A stretch of 64,000 nucleotides of DNA from an uncultured archaeon (GTDB taxonomy: Archaea > Asgardarchaeota > Thorarchaeia > Thorarchaeales > Thorarchaeaceae): the NCBI GenBank assembly GCA_964473825.1, contig CAYYQL010000002.1:32001-96000 (forward strand), in the 5' to 3' direction. Positions 30,133 through 40,800 of this stretch are shown in pieces. Below the pieces are notes generated by a model. That model had not been told where the DNA came from, ran no database searches, and was given only the letters and a program-made list of their open reading frames with translations. The first letter of the stretch is position 1. Every line of letters starts with the position of its first letter. The translations under genes were made by a program, and so were the position numbers.

Positions 30133-30597
30133 ATGAACAGAGAACAACGTAAAGCAGTACAGGTCATGCTGGTGATTCTGGGCTGCTTTGCAGTCTTTAC
30201 GTATACATACGCTCTAGAAACGAAGCGGTACTGTGATTGGACAGGTCTAGAGATTCAAGAGCGACTGGGACACGAAGTCACATTCACTCTCACAAACGGC
30301 ACTGCGCGTCACTACTGCTGTATCAATGTATCACTGGAGGCCCTTCAGGATATGATATGGCAAAGTGAAGCAATCCACATTGAGAGAATACAGATACGAT
30401 GTCCCATGTGTGGAATGCTCATGGACTCGGACGACACCATGATAGTCTGGATATATTCGGAAGACTACCTCAATCCGACTACCCATACCGCGACCATTGT
30501 TGGCGTCTGCGAAGATACGGCCGACCAATCCATGTGTGAGAGCCATTTTCTTGACCAGTACGGGGGGATCATAATATCTAACCCGTATGGGTTCTAG
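30133..30597 (+). CDS. NosL/TRASH-like metal-binding membrane-anchored protein
   Basis: YCDWTG, HYCC, CPMCGM, FLDQYGG. Confidence 0.55.
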   Translation: MNREQRKAVQVMLVILGCFAVFTYTYALETKRYCDWTGLEIQERLGHEVTFTLTNGTARHYCCINVSLEALQDMIWQSEAIHIERIQIRCPMCGMLMDSDDTMIVWIYSEDYLNPTTHTATIVGVCEDTADQSMCESHFLDQYGGIIISNPYGF

Positions 30598-30609
30598 GAG
30601 GAATGAAGA

Positions 30610-31017
30610 ATGAGGAAAGGTGTGCTTCTCCTTGTGATGACCGCTCTGTTAGTTCTGGTTGTGGGTACAACGTTAGCTGTGACATCCTCAACACGAGGTC
30701 AGGTGGATTGGTTGTTTCCCGAGCTCGGACCGGCAGTGATTCAAGATACTCAGTATGGGAGGGCACCAATGCTGGATTCGCCGTTCAGTCTATTCGGAGA
30801 TGTTCCAGGCGGATACTCGCCCTATTGGGGGAATCCACTCGTTGACGAATTAGCAATAGATGGATGGGAGTGGGTTGAATTGCAGGAGGGCCTGAATCCA
30901 AGGGCATACACAGCCGATATCGGCATACTCCTACAGGGACTGCTGATCACTGTGGTTCCATTGATAGTCGTACTTTTTGCCGGGAGGAGATCCTATGGGA
31001 CTTCGAAGACACGTTAA
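30610..31017 (+). CDS. Hypothetical membrane protein
   Basis: N- and C-terminal TM helices; operonic position. Confidence 0.6.
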   Translation: MRKGVLLLVMTALLVLVVGTTLAVTSSTRGQVDWLFPELGPAVIQDTQYGRAPMLDSPFSLFGDVPGGYSPYWGNPLVDELAIDGWEWVELQEGLNPRAYTADIGILLQGLLITVVPLIVVLFAGRRSYGTSKTR

Positions 31018-32209
31018 TCTTGCAGACTATGCCATTGGAAATGTGTTCAAATACCGAACAAAGAGCACTGCAATCATATCGATATTGGTCATCTCATCAG
31101 GGCTGCTTGGTTCGCTTGAGTTCATCAGAGAGGGGGTGGTGCAAGATGTGATTGCTTCAATAGATGAGGGACCAGATGTGATAGTACAGAGACTTGAGGG
31201 CGGACGCCAGGTAATGGTGCCTACTGACTGGAGGACAAATATCTCGGAGATAACAGGAGTGCGACTGATCTCTCACAGGGTCTGGGGGTATGTGAGCATA
31301 GGGAACGGCCAGCTTCTCACCGTGATGGGCATAAATGCCTCGGAGTACTCCTCAATTCCAGGGATGGTGGGAACAGAGATTGTGGGTGAAGGAAGGTTTC
31401 TTGAGAAGGATGATAGCAGGAAGATGGTAGTTGGTGAAGGAATCATCGATTTGATGCGAAATGCTGCGCATCCTCTAGATGTCGGTGTGGGAAGCAGAAT
31501 TCAGCTCATCGCCTATGATAATTCACTGGTTGAATTCGAGATTGTTGGAGTGTTTGCATCCGACTCGAAGATTTTCAGTTACGACCTCATATTGACGGAT
31601 GCTGATAGTGCCCGTGAGCTGCTCGGGATTGCGGAGGGTGAGTGTACGGACATAGTCGTATGGGTCAACTACGGGACAATCGTGGACTCGGTTGCGTTGG
31701 TGATAGATATGGACTTCCCTGATGCAAGGGTCCTGACCCGTCAGGGGATAGCTGATGCGAGTCTAAGAGCTTACCTTGGGCGTTCCGGCATTGTCGCTCT
31801 GATGTGGGCCGTATTAGTTTTCGCAGTTGTCATGACAGCCATCACAGCTTCGGGGATTGGATCCGAGGAGGCCAGAAGAGAAGTAGGCCTGCTCAAGGCT
31901 CTTGGATTCGATACTGCCAGTGTCCTTGAGATCAGACTCATAGAGTCCCTAGTCACAAGCATCCTCGGGGGCAGTCTGGGCATCTCACTCGCAATCGTGT
32001 ATGATTTCGTGCTTCAAGCACCACTACTCTCGGGCTTCATTCTTGGGTGGAGCTTGGCCCTGATAAACGGGGGAATACCACTGGCAATCTCGACTCAGAC
32101 GCTATTCATGATCTATACCGTTGCAATAGTCCCAGTTCTTGTTGCGACCGTGGTGCCTGCATGGCGAAATGCAATCACTGACCCAGATATCGTACTGAGA
32201 GGGGTATAG
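30995..32209 (+). CDS. ABC transporter permease, FtsX/MacB/LolE family
   Basis: GRFL, EIVGVF, RREVGLLKALG, VPAWRNAITDP. Confidence 0.9.
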   Translation: MGLRRHVNLADYAIGNVFKYRTKSTAIISILVISSGLLGSLEFIREGVVQDVIASIDEGPDVIVQRLEGGRQVMVPTDWRTNISEITGVRLISHRVWGYVSIGNGQLLTVMGINASEYSSIPGMVGTEIVGEGRFLEKDDSRKMVVGEGIIDLMRNAAHPLDVGVGSRIQLIAYDNSLVEFEIVGVFASDSKIFSYDLILTDADSARELLGIAEGECTDIVVWVNYGTIVDSVALVIDMDFPDARVLTRQGIADASLRAYLGRSGIVALMWAVLVFAVVMTAITASGIGSEEARREVGLLKALGFDTASVLEIRLIESLVTSILGGSLGISLAIVYDFVLQAPLLSGFILGWSLALINGGIPLAISTQTLFMIYTVAIVPVLVATVVPAWRNAITDPDIVLRGV

Positions 32210-32210
32210 C

Positions 32211-32897
32211 ATGGAAACAGCAATTCGGATTGAGAGAGTTTCGAAATTCTACAAGTCTGGGAGAACGAGAGTCGCCGCCCTCGAAGATGTGACGCTGGGC
32301 ATCAGGAAAAGGAGTGCAACGGTGATTGCAGGGCCAAGTGGCTCCGGAAAGACCACGTTGCTGAGCATGATTGGACTCCTTGCGAGACCATCAGAAGGGC
32401 AGATATACATTCAGGGGCGCGAAGTATCAGGCATATCTGACATATTCAGAAGCAAAATCAGGCAGCAAGATATTGGGTTTGTGTTCCAGAATCAGTATCT
32501 GTTGCCCCAGCTGACGGCCATTCAGAATGTGGCCCTGCCCTTTCTCGCCACCGATACTGCAATCAGTGATGCAGAGAAGAGGGCCAAGGAACAACTCTCT
32601 GAGTTTGGACTAGAAGACCGACTCGACTTCCGAGTAGCAGAGCTGAGCGGAGGAGAGCAGCAGAGAGTCAGTATTGCCAGAGGGCTCATGAATGATCCTT
32701 CCATTCTCATTGCAGATGAACCAAGCAGTTCGATGGAACAGGACTTGGTGGAGTACCTGCTTGACCTGCTTCGAGCCATGTGCGACAAGCACGGATTGAC
32801 AGTGATCGTGGCATCGCACGACCCACGAGTGCTTGAATGGGGAGATGAGGTGTATCGCCTCTCAAGGGGGACTCTGGTTGATACTCAGAGTACCTAA
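32211..32897 (+). CDS. ABC transporter ATP-binding protein, LolD-like
   Basis: GPSGSGKT, LSGGEQQR, IADEP, SHD. Confidence 0.93.
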   Translation: METAIRIERVSKFYKSGRTRVAALEDVTLGIRKRSATVIAGPSGSGKTTLLSMIGLLARPSEGQIYIQGREVSGISDIFRSKIRQQDIGFVFQNQYLLPQLTAIQNVALPFLATDTAISDAEKRAKEQLSEFGLEDRLDFRVAELSGGEQQRVSIARGLMNDPSILIADEPSSSMEQDLVEYLLDLLRAMCDKHGLTVIVASHDPRVLEWGDEVYRLSRGTLVDTQST

Positions 32898-33884
32898 TCA
32901 TCCAGTGATTGCAACAAGAAAATGAGATAGCAGAGATACCATACTGAAGAGAATACAGACTGTTGAGACCTTGAGGAGAACCGTTGAGAGGGGAGTGATT
33001 GACTGCTCATTGAGAGATTGATGCTGCCAGCTCCGCTCCATGATGGCTCTCCATCCAGCTGATGCAATTCCCACCCAGAATAGGACAGTGAAGAAAGCAG
33101 TATCTGGAAACTCCTGAAAGAGACAGTAAGGACAATGATGGTCGGGCAGTCCGAGGACCAGCGGGGCGTAGGTATCGTGCAGCACGAACAGATAGACAAG
33201 TCCTGCAGAGAGAGCCAGAATAAGGGTCGGAACAGACCGCGTTCTGGGTTTGATGGGGCTCCACTGAACCAGAATAAGGATAGATGCCAGGATGACCAGA
33301 ACCACAAGAAGAAACATTCCGAATTCAGGGCCGAAGAGAGAAGAGGGAGAAAATGGGGGATCGACATCGTAGACACTTCCGCAGCAGGGAGCGAAGACTG
33401 GCTTTACGGTCGCCACAAACAGGACATCCAGTGCCGCCTCGATGACCACCATGGGCAGAAGAATCAGAAGGAATGAACGGGCTAAGTGTGTCATAAGAGG
33501 GAGTTGCGGATGGGTCCGGTTTGCCAGTTCAAGGACAATCCAGGCACCATAGGCAAAGGGTAGCACAATCTTCAATGTCAAGTCGATGAAAGAATACGGA
33601 CTGCCCACATTCATGACACCATAGGCGCACATCGCGCCCGGACAGAAGGGAACAAGGGACTGAAGCATCCAGAAGAAGACAGGCACGATGAGAAGGCGTC
33701 CAAGCAGAACGATGATACCAATCATGGAGAGAAGGTAGTACTTCTGTTCTGATGCCTCATACTCTTCGAGATTCTCCCGCGAGTCCTCCAGCATATCCGA
33801 CGCTATGAATCCCCCATACAGGGCCAATGCCAAGGAGAGAATGCCCACTACAAGGACGATGATTGTGGTCACCGTGAAGATCAT
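32898..33884 (-). CDS. Cys-rich polytopic membrane protein
   Basis: CPGAMCAYG, PCCGS and HHCPYC motifs in loops. Confidence 0.75.
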   Translation of the reverse strand: MIFTVTTIIVLVVGILSLALALYGGFIASDMLEDSRENLEEYEASEQKYYLLSMIGIIVLLGRLLIVPVFFWMLQSLVPFCPGAMCAYGVMNVGSPYSFIDLTLKIVLPFAYGAWIVLELANRTHPQLPLMTHLARSFLLILLPMVVIEAALDVLFVATVKPVFAPCCGSVYDVDPPFSPSSLFGPEFGMFLLVVLVILASILILVQWSPIKPRTRSVPTLILALSAGLVYLFVLHDTYAPLVLGLPDHHCPYCLFQEFPDTAFFTVLFWVGIASAGWRAIMERSWQHQSLNEQSITPLSTVLLKVSTVCILFSMVSLLSHFLVAITG

Positions 33885-34029
33885 GCATCGCACCAATCCC
33901 TGAGAAACAGAAGACTGGCAATAAAACATTCCTACTGTTTCAAGCCTCTGTCATGATAAAGCAAGGCTCTGTTTTGTACGAACACTTAATCTGGGGGTCA
34001 GTAGACAAAGCTCTAGGTGATATTGTAGT

Positions 34030-34281
34030 ATGGTATTTGCAGGTGGTGCAGCTGGAGCTGCGGCGGCGGTACATTCTAGCTCCTATCGTGTGAAGTATAG
34101 GAAAGAGGAATTTCTTCGACTCGTACATCGTGCTGAGCCCGAGAGAGTATACCAGACAGGGCGAATGCATTTCTTTGCGTTCGACGGCTTTGTGATGTAT
34201 ACGTTCGAGTGTGAGGACGAAGACTTTCGACAGGAGATATTCCACGCTATCGAGTTCTCAAACATCCAGTGGTCGGAATAG
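34030..34281 (+). CDS. Small hypothetical protein
   Basis: 83-aa ORF with ATG start and Ala-rich N-terminus. Confidence 0.5.
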   Translation: MVFAGGAAGAAAAVHSSSYRVKYRKEEFLRLVHRAEPERVYQTGRMHFFAFDGFVMYTFECEDEDFRQEIFHAIEFSNIQWSE

Positions 34282-34345
34282 AACAGCAGTCCTCTGTCCG
34301 GGTATTATATGTGGACAGGTTCCAGTTGGAACAAGCGTGAATCTC

Positions 34346-34906
34346 ATGACTGACAAAGAAGCACCGGACGACAAGGAGGAGTTCGGCGAGGCAGATCTCT
34401 TCGAGGCCATCTCTCACGAAACGAGAATCCGTGCTCTCTTTGCACTCAGAGATGAGCCCCTTGGCTTCGCGCAGCTCAAGAGAGAACTAGGCATCTCGAG
34501 CAGTGGAAATCTACAACATCATATCATGAAGCTCGGAGGTCTCGTTCAGACGGATGCAGCTGGCAACTACATACTTACTGACCAAGGACGAGAGGCACTG
34601 ATTGCGGTGCGCACAGTCAGAAATCTTGATGATCAGCTGGAGTTCAACCTGCGAGCGATGACGTTGATTATGGTGTTCGCCTATTATGTTGTCCAGATGA
34701 ATGTCCCCTTCATACTGGGAACTGTGACTGCCATGACTCCCATCACAGCACTGTTAGGCACTGCGGTCTCCGGAGTGATATGGTATGTGCTTTGGAGAGC
34801 TGCCTTTCAAGTCATGCAAAAGAACCGAGCTTTGCGTGTTCCCGTCGCCTCCTTGGGCCACTCTTGCCTGCTGGTGATGGACAAGCCTCGATGCTCTGTA
34901 TCCTGA
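34346..34906 (+). CDS. ArsR-like winged-helix regulator with C-terminal TM helices
   Basis: FEAISHETRIRAL...SSGNLQHH...YILTDQG. Confidence 0.8.
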   Translation: MTDKEAPDDKEEFGEADLFEAISHETRIRALFALRDEPLGFAQLKRELGISSSGNLQHHIMKLGGLVQTDAAGNYILTDQGREALIAVRTVRNLDDQLEFNLRAMTLIMVFAYYVVQMNVPFILGTVTAMTPITALLGTAVSGVIWYVLWRAAFQVMQKNRALRVPVASLGHSCLLVMDKPRCSVS

Positions 34907-35348
34907 CCTCGGTGATGAGCCGTACCGCAATTTCAGTGGTTCTGAAACCTACTACACGCGGCTTGAAGAAGTTCAGTTTGTCATCGGGCACATGAGCTTC
35001 TGGTTCGACAGCTGGTCTGGATGGACTGCGTTGTCAATCTAACCACTGGAGGTCCGTTCTACTACCAGGACTGGACATACGATTACACCGTCCATCCAAA
35101 CTACATGCCCAATGGCTTTTCTCTCCTATCAGCGGTGTTCCTTGTTGGATGGTGATGCATTCATTCCTGCACTTCGTAGAGCTCTCAACAGAGGTGATTC
35201 TCTCGTCTTGGATCGCCCTCTTTGAGTCCAAGAAGATCTATAGAATGGTGTGGCAGGAGGTAGTTCTCAAGATTTTAAAAAAGGTTAGATGGCTGTCCTA
35301 TCTCCCTGCCAAAATGCCTATATACCAAACAGCAATGAGGGCCTCATA

Positions 35349-35425
35349 GGGCCGATGGCTCAGCCCGGTAGAGCGACAGGCTCTTAACTTGTTGGTCGCG
35401 GGTTCGAATCCCGCTCGGCCCGCCA
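35349..35425 (+). tRNA. tRNA-Lys(CTT), intronless
   Basis: GGGCCGA...ACAGG-CTCTTAA-CTTGT...GCGGG-TTCGAAT-CCCGC-TCGGCCC-G-CCA. Confidence 0.95.
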
Positions 35426-35470
35426 CCTGTTCTTCAGGAGGTACTCCTCACTTCCAATTGTTCTCCGTAA

Positions 35471-35560
35471 TTGATGGAACCCAATACCTGCTAAGCCACC
35501 AGTCGTTGATTGTCTTATGGACTAGCTGGTCCTCCCAGCAACGACACTGGGTTTTCTCAT
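35471..35560 (-). ncRNA. Candidate omegaRNA/reRNA 3' scaffold and IS200/IS605-type right end
   Basis: Inverted repeats 35499-35508/35539-35550 and 35525-35539 overlap the tnpB stop; minus-strand TCAA at 35474-35471. Confidence 0.35.
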
Positions 35561-37678
35561 ATCAACTTCAATGATGTTCCGCGCCGCGTTGACATCAGCA
35601 TGGAAGTATGCAGCGCAGTTCTCACAGTAGAAGTATTCCCCGCCCTTGTACTCCTCTGTCGACCCTTCGCACTTCACCCTCACCCCTGTCTCCCCGCAGA
35701 TGTGACATTTTCGAGATGTCCATGCTGGACTCACCGTCCAGACGGCGCCGTAGCAATGCCCAAGAGCCTGACGCATATACCGCACGGTCTCAAGCACCTG
35801 TGACCACAGGTTGAACGACAACCGCCAGGATAGGTCCCCGTAGCCCTTGGGCGGCTGGTAATTCTTCAGATTCTCGAAGTACAGGGTCTTGACTCCGTGC
35901 CTCTCGCAGAACCAGACGGCCCTTGAGGCAATCTGCCGAGCTATCTCACGATCGAGTCGTCGAACCTTCTTCCAGATGGCATCCAGATGTCGCTCCTTCT
36001 TCCTGAGGGGGCCGGGTCGAGGATAGTCTTTATCGTGCTTGCGCTCCCAGTTGTTGCGCATGAGAGCAACCCGTGAGGAGAGCGCCTTTGTCTGATGCCT
36101 GAGGAGGTTGCGTTTCCTCACCAGCTCGTCAAGAGAGACAAGCTCATCCACGTAACCCTGACCGTTCCGCACCGAGAGCACGATGGGCACACGGATGCCA
36201 CGATCTGCACCGGCCTTCCGCGTATACTCGCGTTCCCCAATGACTTCATCGACCATCTCCTGAGTGGGTGGGAGGAAGGGTATGTCCAGGATGACCCGGT
36301 GACCACGCAAGAGCAGAGCGGGTGGACCACAGGTACGGGACTCCCTGAGTCGCTGCACCTTCTCCTTCAGTTGTGCCAGCTTCTCGGGGTCGGCGTTCTT
36401 GCGGTTCTTCCATCTGTTCAGCTGATAGACGGCATGCTGAAGCTCGATGGTGTTGGTCAGCTGCTCGTGCTGGTCCTCGTATTTTCGTGCTCGAAAGCGA
36501 AGTTTCTTTGCTCTCAGGTGCTTGCCCTGAGCCTCCGCCTCCGCTGCCCTTACTCTGTCCTCTCTTGCGGCCCGGGGTAGCCAATCAAGGAAACGAAACG
36601 CAAGAGTCCGCGTCTTGTATGGAGAGGTCTCATGTGTTTCTCCCTCCATGTGCTCAGGGAGCTTCAGGAAAAAGAGGATCTCATCTTCCCTGTTGAGGTC
36701 CCGAGAGTACCAGTATCCTTGACTGGGAGTGTTCTCCGTGCTGGCAGAGAAGTCCTCCGTATGGGAGTACATCCTGGGAGTGGCGAAGGGGTAGCCCTTC
36801 TTGTGCCAGTGACGGAGCCGCCACTTGGCAGTTGTAAGGATGCCTTTTGCTGTCTGTTCTTCCTTGAGATACCTGCGAATCCGTCCCCGCTGGTAGGGAC
36901 GAGTCCCAAGCGGTTCTCCTCTCTTCTCGAGAATCGAGTGGTCCAGTCTCCGGCGGAGCTGCTTGAGGACCGAGAGGCTGTAGTAGAAGCCTGTCCCGTT
37001 GTTCTTGGTGGACTCACACGCTGCTCGGACTGCCTTGGTCAGGTCGCTTGCGATGTACCGGTTCTTCAGCAGCCGGATCAGGTCGGTCTCGTTCTCACAG
37101 AGATACTCGATAGCTGTCTTCATCAGCTGTCGTCGCAGCCAGTTGGACTGGATGATGCGCGCAGCATGCTCCAGCGCGTTTCGATACAGGCGTTCGAAGC
37201 ACTGCTTTTGGATCTCAGGGTGACTCCTGTATCTCACAGAGTCCTCGTTCTTGAGAAGAGCGTAGCCCTGTCTGGGATACGAGGCCAGCTCCTCGCCGAG
37301 AAACGCAAACCGTCCCTTGTCAGCATACACTCGTTCAAGAACCTCGTTCACCAGTGAGACAAACGTCTCGAAATAGGAGCCAAGAAGAGAGAGGTCGATG
37401 TTGTTGACCTTCCGCCCGGTGGCTGCGGAGAGGCGCTCCTGAATCGCAGCAAGTTCACCCCTTCGGAATCGTGGATCTGGCCCCCTTCCCTTCCCCCTCT
37501 TGTTCACCTCGCGATGAACGGAGCAGAGGGAGAACTTGGAGGTCAGGTACTTCAGACCCGTACCGTGGTGCGTTGTTGATGTGACCGATATAAAGTTGTC
37601 ATCCATTGTCTGTTGCTTCTCCGAGGGATCCCTCGTAGCATGCTCCCGGGGATGACGCCGGGCTTCTTTCGTCATCAA
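35522..37678 (-). CDS. tnpB: Large TnpB/Cas12-like RNA-guided RuvC nuclease (718 aa)
   Basis: RuvC-I AGADRG, RuvC-II LYFENL, TSRKCHICG...FYCENC zinc ribbon, RuvC-III HADVNAARNI. Confidence 0.88.
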   Translation of the reverse strand: MMTKEARRHPREHATRDPSEKQQTMDDNFISVTSTTHHGTGLKYLTSKFSLCSVHREVNKRGKGRGPDPRFRRGELAAIQERLSAATGRKVNNIDLSLLGSYFETFVSLVNEVLERVYADKGRFAFLGEELASYPRQGYALLKNEDSVRYRSHPEIQKQCFERLYRNALEHAARIIQSNWLRRQLMKTAIEYLCENETDLIRLLKNRYIASDLTKAVRAACESTKNNGTGFYYSLSVLKQLRRRLDHSILEKRGEPLGTRPYQRGRIRRYLKEEQTAKGILTTAKWRLRHWHKKGYPFATPRMYSHTEDFSASTENTPSQGYWYSRDLNREDEILFFLKLPEHMEGETHETSPYKTRTLAFRFLDWLPRAAREDRVRAAEAEAQGKHLRAKKLRFRARKYEDQHEQLTNTIELQHAVYQLNRWKNRKNADPEKLAQLKEKVQRLRESRTCGPPALLLRGHRVILDIPFLPPTQEMVDEVIGEREYTRKAGADRGIRVPIVLSVRNGQGYVDELVSLDELVRKRNLLRHQTKALSSRVALMRNNWERKHDKDYPRPGPLRKKERHLDAIWKKVRRLDREIARQIASRAVWFCERHGVKTLYFENLKNYQPPKGYGDLSWRLSFNLWSQVLETVRYMRQALGHCYGAVWTVSPAWTSRKCHICGETGVRVKCEGSTEEYKGGEYFYCENCAAYFHADVNAARNIIEVDMRKPSVVAGRTS

Positions 37679-37873
37679 CAGTACACCTCTCTCTTGTGTG
37701 GCTCAGAAGTTATAATCTCATAATCCGTTATAAAGTTACCAAGCAAGATTGCTTCTTGTCGGCTTAAAAGGATTATTAGGCTTTTTTACTTAAAATAAAG
37801 GCTTATGAGAGAATTTTGCTTCTTACAAATAGTCTAGAATATCTATATAAATAACCATGACCAATGGATAGAA

Positions 37874-40800
37874 GTGTCGCGTCTAGGGAGTTCAGGGAAA
37901 CCAAGCCAGATTCTGGCCCAATCAGTCATGACTGGGCTTGCTGCCTTAGTCAGACTGGCGCAGGCTCGAGGTAACTCCCAGACCCAGAAGTATGTCAACT
38001 CCATGACTGAGGTCTGGACTAGTGCGAAGAAGGAGCTGAAAGAAAATCAGGTCTTGAGCCCCCATGACTTCTCTTCTGTCCAGAATATCGAACATCTCTT
38101 GCGTCAGAGGTGGCTGGACATAATCTGGCACAGCACGAAACGGTACGGCAATCGTGAGTTCAAACGGATATACAGCTGGCGAGAGGGAAGTGTGGGTCCA
38201 CTGAATGGTCTACTGAACTATGCGGGAGCTCGTCTCCGAGATCTCGCTACAACTCACTACTCCTTTCCCGACCCGCAGCACTATCTCATCTTGCAGTACT
38301 CTGACGGTATCAAGACAGTCGTGCCTCAATCAGCCATATCAGAGGATGTCCCTAAAGATGTCGCGAAGAAGTATTGGCGAGTCGGCTATTCTGGTGACTC
38401 CAAGAGTCCACGTTTCTTGCTCTCACACCCTACACTTCCAGAACTCGATTTCGTAGACATGATCCGCGGACACGTACAAGAGCTCTGCCGACAACTCTTC
38501 ATCTACAACGTTCCGCGAAACGAGGCCCACCGATACATCCGCCTTCTTGTTCACAGACTCAAGCCCTTCCTGGACTGGTTCTATTCTCAAGGCGAAATAG
38601 GGCGAAAGGACTTCTATCCCGATGGAGACAGAGAACTGAGGGATATTGTACTCGAGGTACGGGCCGTGTATGGGCGTCGGGCTGGTAGACGAGAGCGTCT
38701 TTCCGACCAACTTGAGTGGAAAGACACGGCCCCTCTCACAGTAGAGTTCCTCAAGGCTCATGCAGAATCACTCTGCAATGGCTCGACATCGGAAGAGATC
38801 AGGGATGCTTGTGATAAAATCCTCGGCTACATCAATTCGGAGTATATTACCGAGCCTGACTTGCAGAAGCTCGAGGACCAGATTTCTGCCATCAGCCAAC
38901 GCGAGGGAAATGACTGGCACCGGGTGCTTCTCTCAGTCTTCCATCATCCGCGATCTCTGAAGTCGGTACTGTTCGCCGGGGACTCGATGTTGGAACGCCC
39001 TACAGACAGACAGTTCTTCGCTGAGGTGCCCATCCGTTCAAACACGGGCCATGGCAAGGCAGACTTGGTGCTCTTTGTTCGACGAAGTGTTGGACAGCGC
39101 ATGGTCTGGACTCCCGTAATGATTCTCGAACTCAAGACGAAGACCGCCTTCGACTACAACCTATACTGGATGCGACCACGGACGAAGAAGAACTACTCTG
39201 TTCCGGTGTTACATGGCTGGAAGACACGACTGACGCCCAAGGATTGGTCGACCATATCGACCTCCCTGCCCATCAAACGGACACGTGAACAGCTGGCGCT
39301 CTATGAGAAGATACTCCTTCGTGAGTACAGACAATTAGTACCTCAGGATGCATTTGCTCCCCGTGAGCTATGGAAGGGTGTCGTCATTGTTGACACGGCA
39401 GAGAGCTACGGGTCGATATTGGATGCTCTTGAGGGGATGCTTTCCAGCCTCCAGGCAGACCCAGCAGGCTTCGTTTCTACAATGGGGTGGACCTCTCACA
39501 GGTTCAAGAAGTCGGGAGGAGGTGACCGAATAGCCCTCCTCAAATCTCCCTGTTCGGGGCCCGTAGGCGTACTGCGAGAAGCTGTCATGGCAGATAAGAT
39601 CAAGTTAGACGATCCCTTTGAGCATCGGATCGCTGACGAACGCACTCTCACGCAGTATATCTCTGTTTCCTCAGCCACCTCTGGAGGAAATGCCGCTGCA
39701 TGGCATGCAAAGAACTGGCACCTCTTACATCACATTGACGAAGTCGTGGAACAGTGTCCCTCTACTGCCTCCGTCTGGTGGCTTGACTTGTTGGGAAGTC
39801 TTCCTGAACATCTGCGTAAACGGCGTTTCGGCCTGGACGACAAGTCATCGGATTTGCTCGAGAATATCACGTTCCTAAATCTGAGCAATGAGGTCGAGTC
39901 GTTTCTCAAAAGGAAATCAAACATCGTGCAGAGCCTTACCACCATCCCTGGGCCGGATAAGACAGAACACGTAATCATCATAGATGGCTGGGCGGACCTG
40001 AACCGGATGACTCCAACCTTGCAGAAGGAACGGCTCTTAGCTCTCGAATACGCTATCCTTGATACACTACCTGACAGGAATGTCAACATCATCTGGGTGG
40101 ATAGTGGCGTGAAAGGCACAAGGATGAACGAAACCTACCAACGGCCGTGTCTTGATGTTCTGCCCTATGACTCTCCTAGGCGTTTCCAGTTGGATGAGGT
40201 CATCTGGAATATACCCACTGCTCCCAGAGTATTCGGGTGGCAGACTCCCTATGCCGATGAGAAACGGATAATCGTTCAAGATACACCGACGAGTGCTCCT
40301 CCTTGGACCACTATGATTGAGGTGCCCATCCTTAGGAAGTGGGCGCGGAAGTTTAGGGGCGGCCCAAAACGCGACAAGATAGTGGCCGAGGAAGTCATCA
40401 TGGAAGAGCTAGTCACTACGCAGTCGATGTACGGACGAAACATAGTACTCGGGGACATCCAAGGTACAATCTCCTACCTCACAGAACAGACAGTCCAAGA
40501 TCTCCAGGCCGAGGCGATGACTGTCTCGCCGGCTCTTCTTCGCCCGAGGGACGAAGAAAGCATTGCCTTGGTGGCTGAACCGGAGAGCAAAAAGCACTCT
40601 TTCTCTAGTCGGTTAGTAGAGAAGGCTGAGGGGACATCGCTAAGAGAACGACTTCATCTCTGTCCGATTCATCCGCCTCCTAGTCCAAAACGAGCAACTG
40701 AAGCAAAGATGTATGCAAATCCTCTGGGTATCCCACGTCACTGGTATCACAAGACAGAGAGAGAAACTGAGGCTGAGAAACACTACACAAGGAAACCTCC

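Noticed and set aside
36095-37357. Long antisense ORFs (161 and 241 aa), and similar ones at 9734-10357 and 54099-54653
   Set aside because: Shadow frames opposite well-supported genes, with no motifs.
35522-37678. Calling the nuclease a Fanzor or a bona fide Cas12
   Set aside because: The RuvC-II Glu is in the canonical TnpB position (FENL) and no array or cas genes are in the window.
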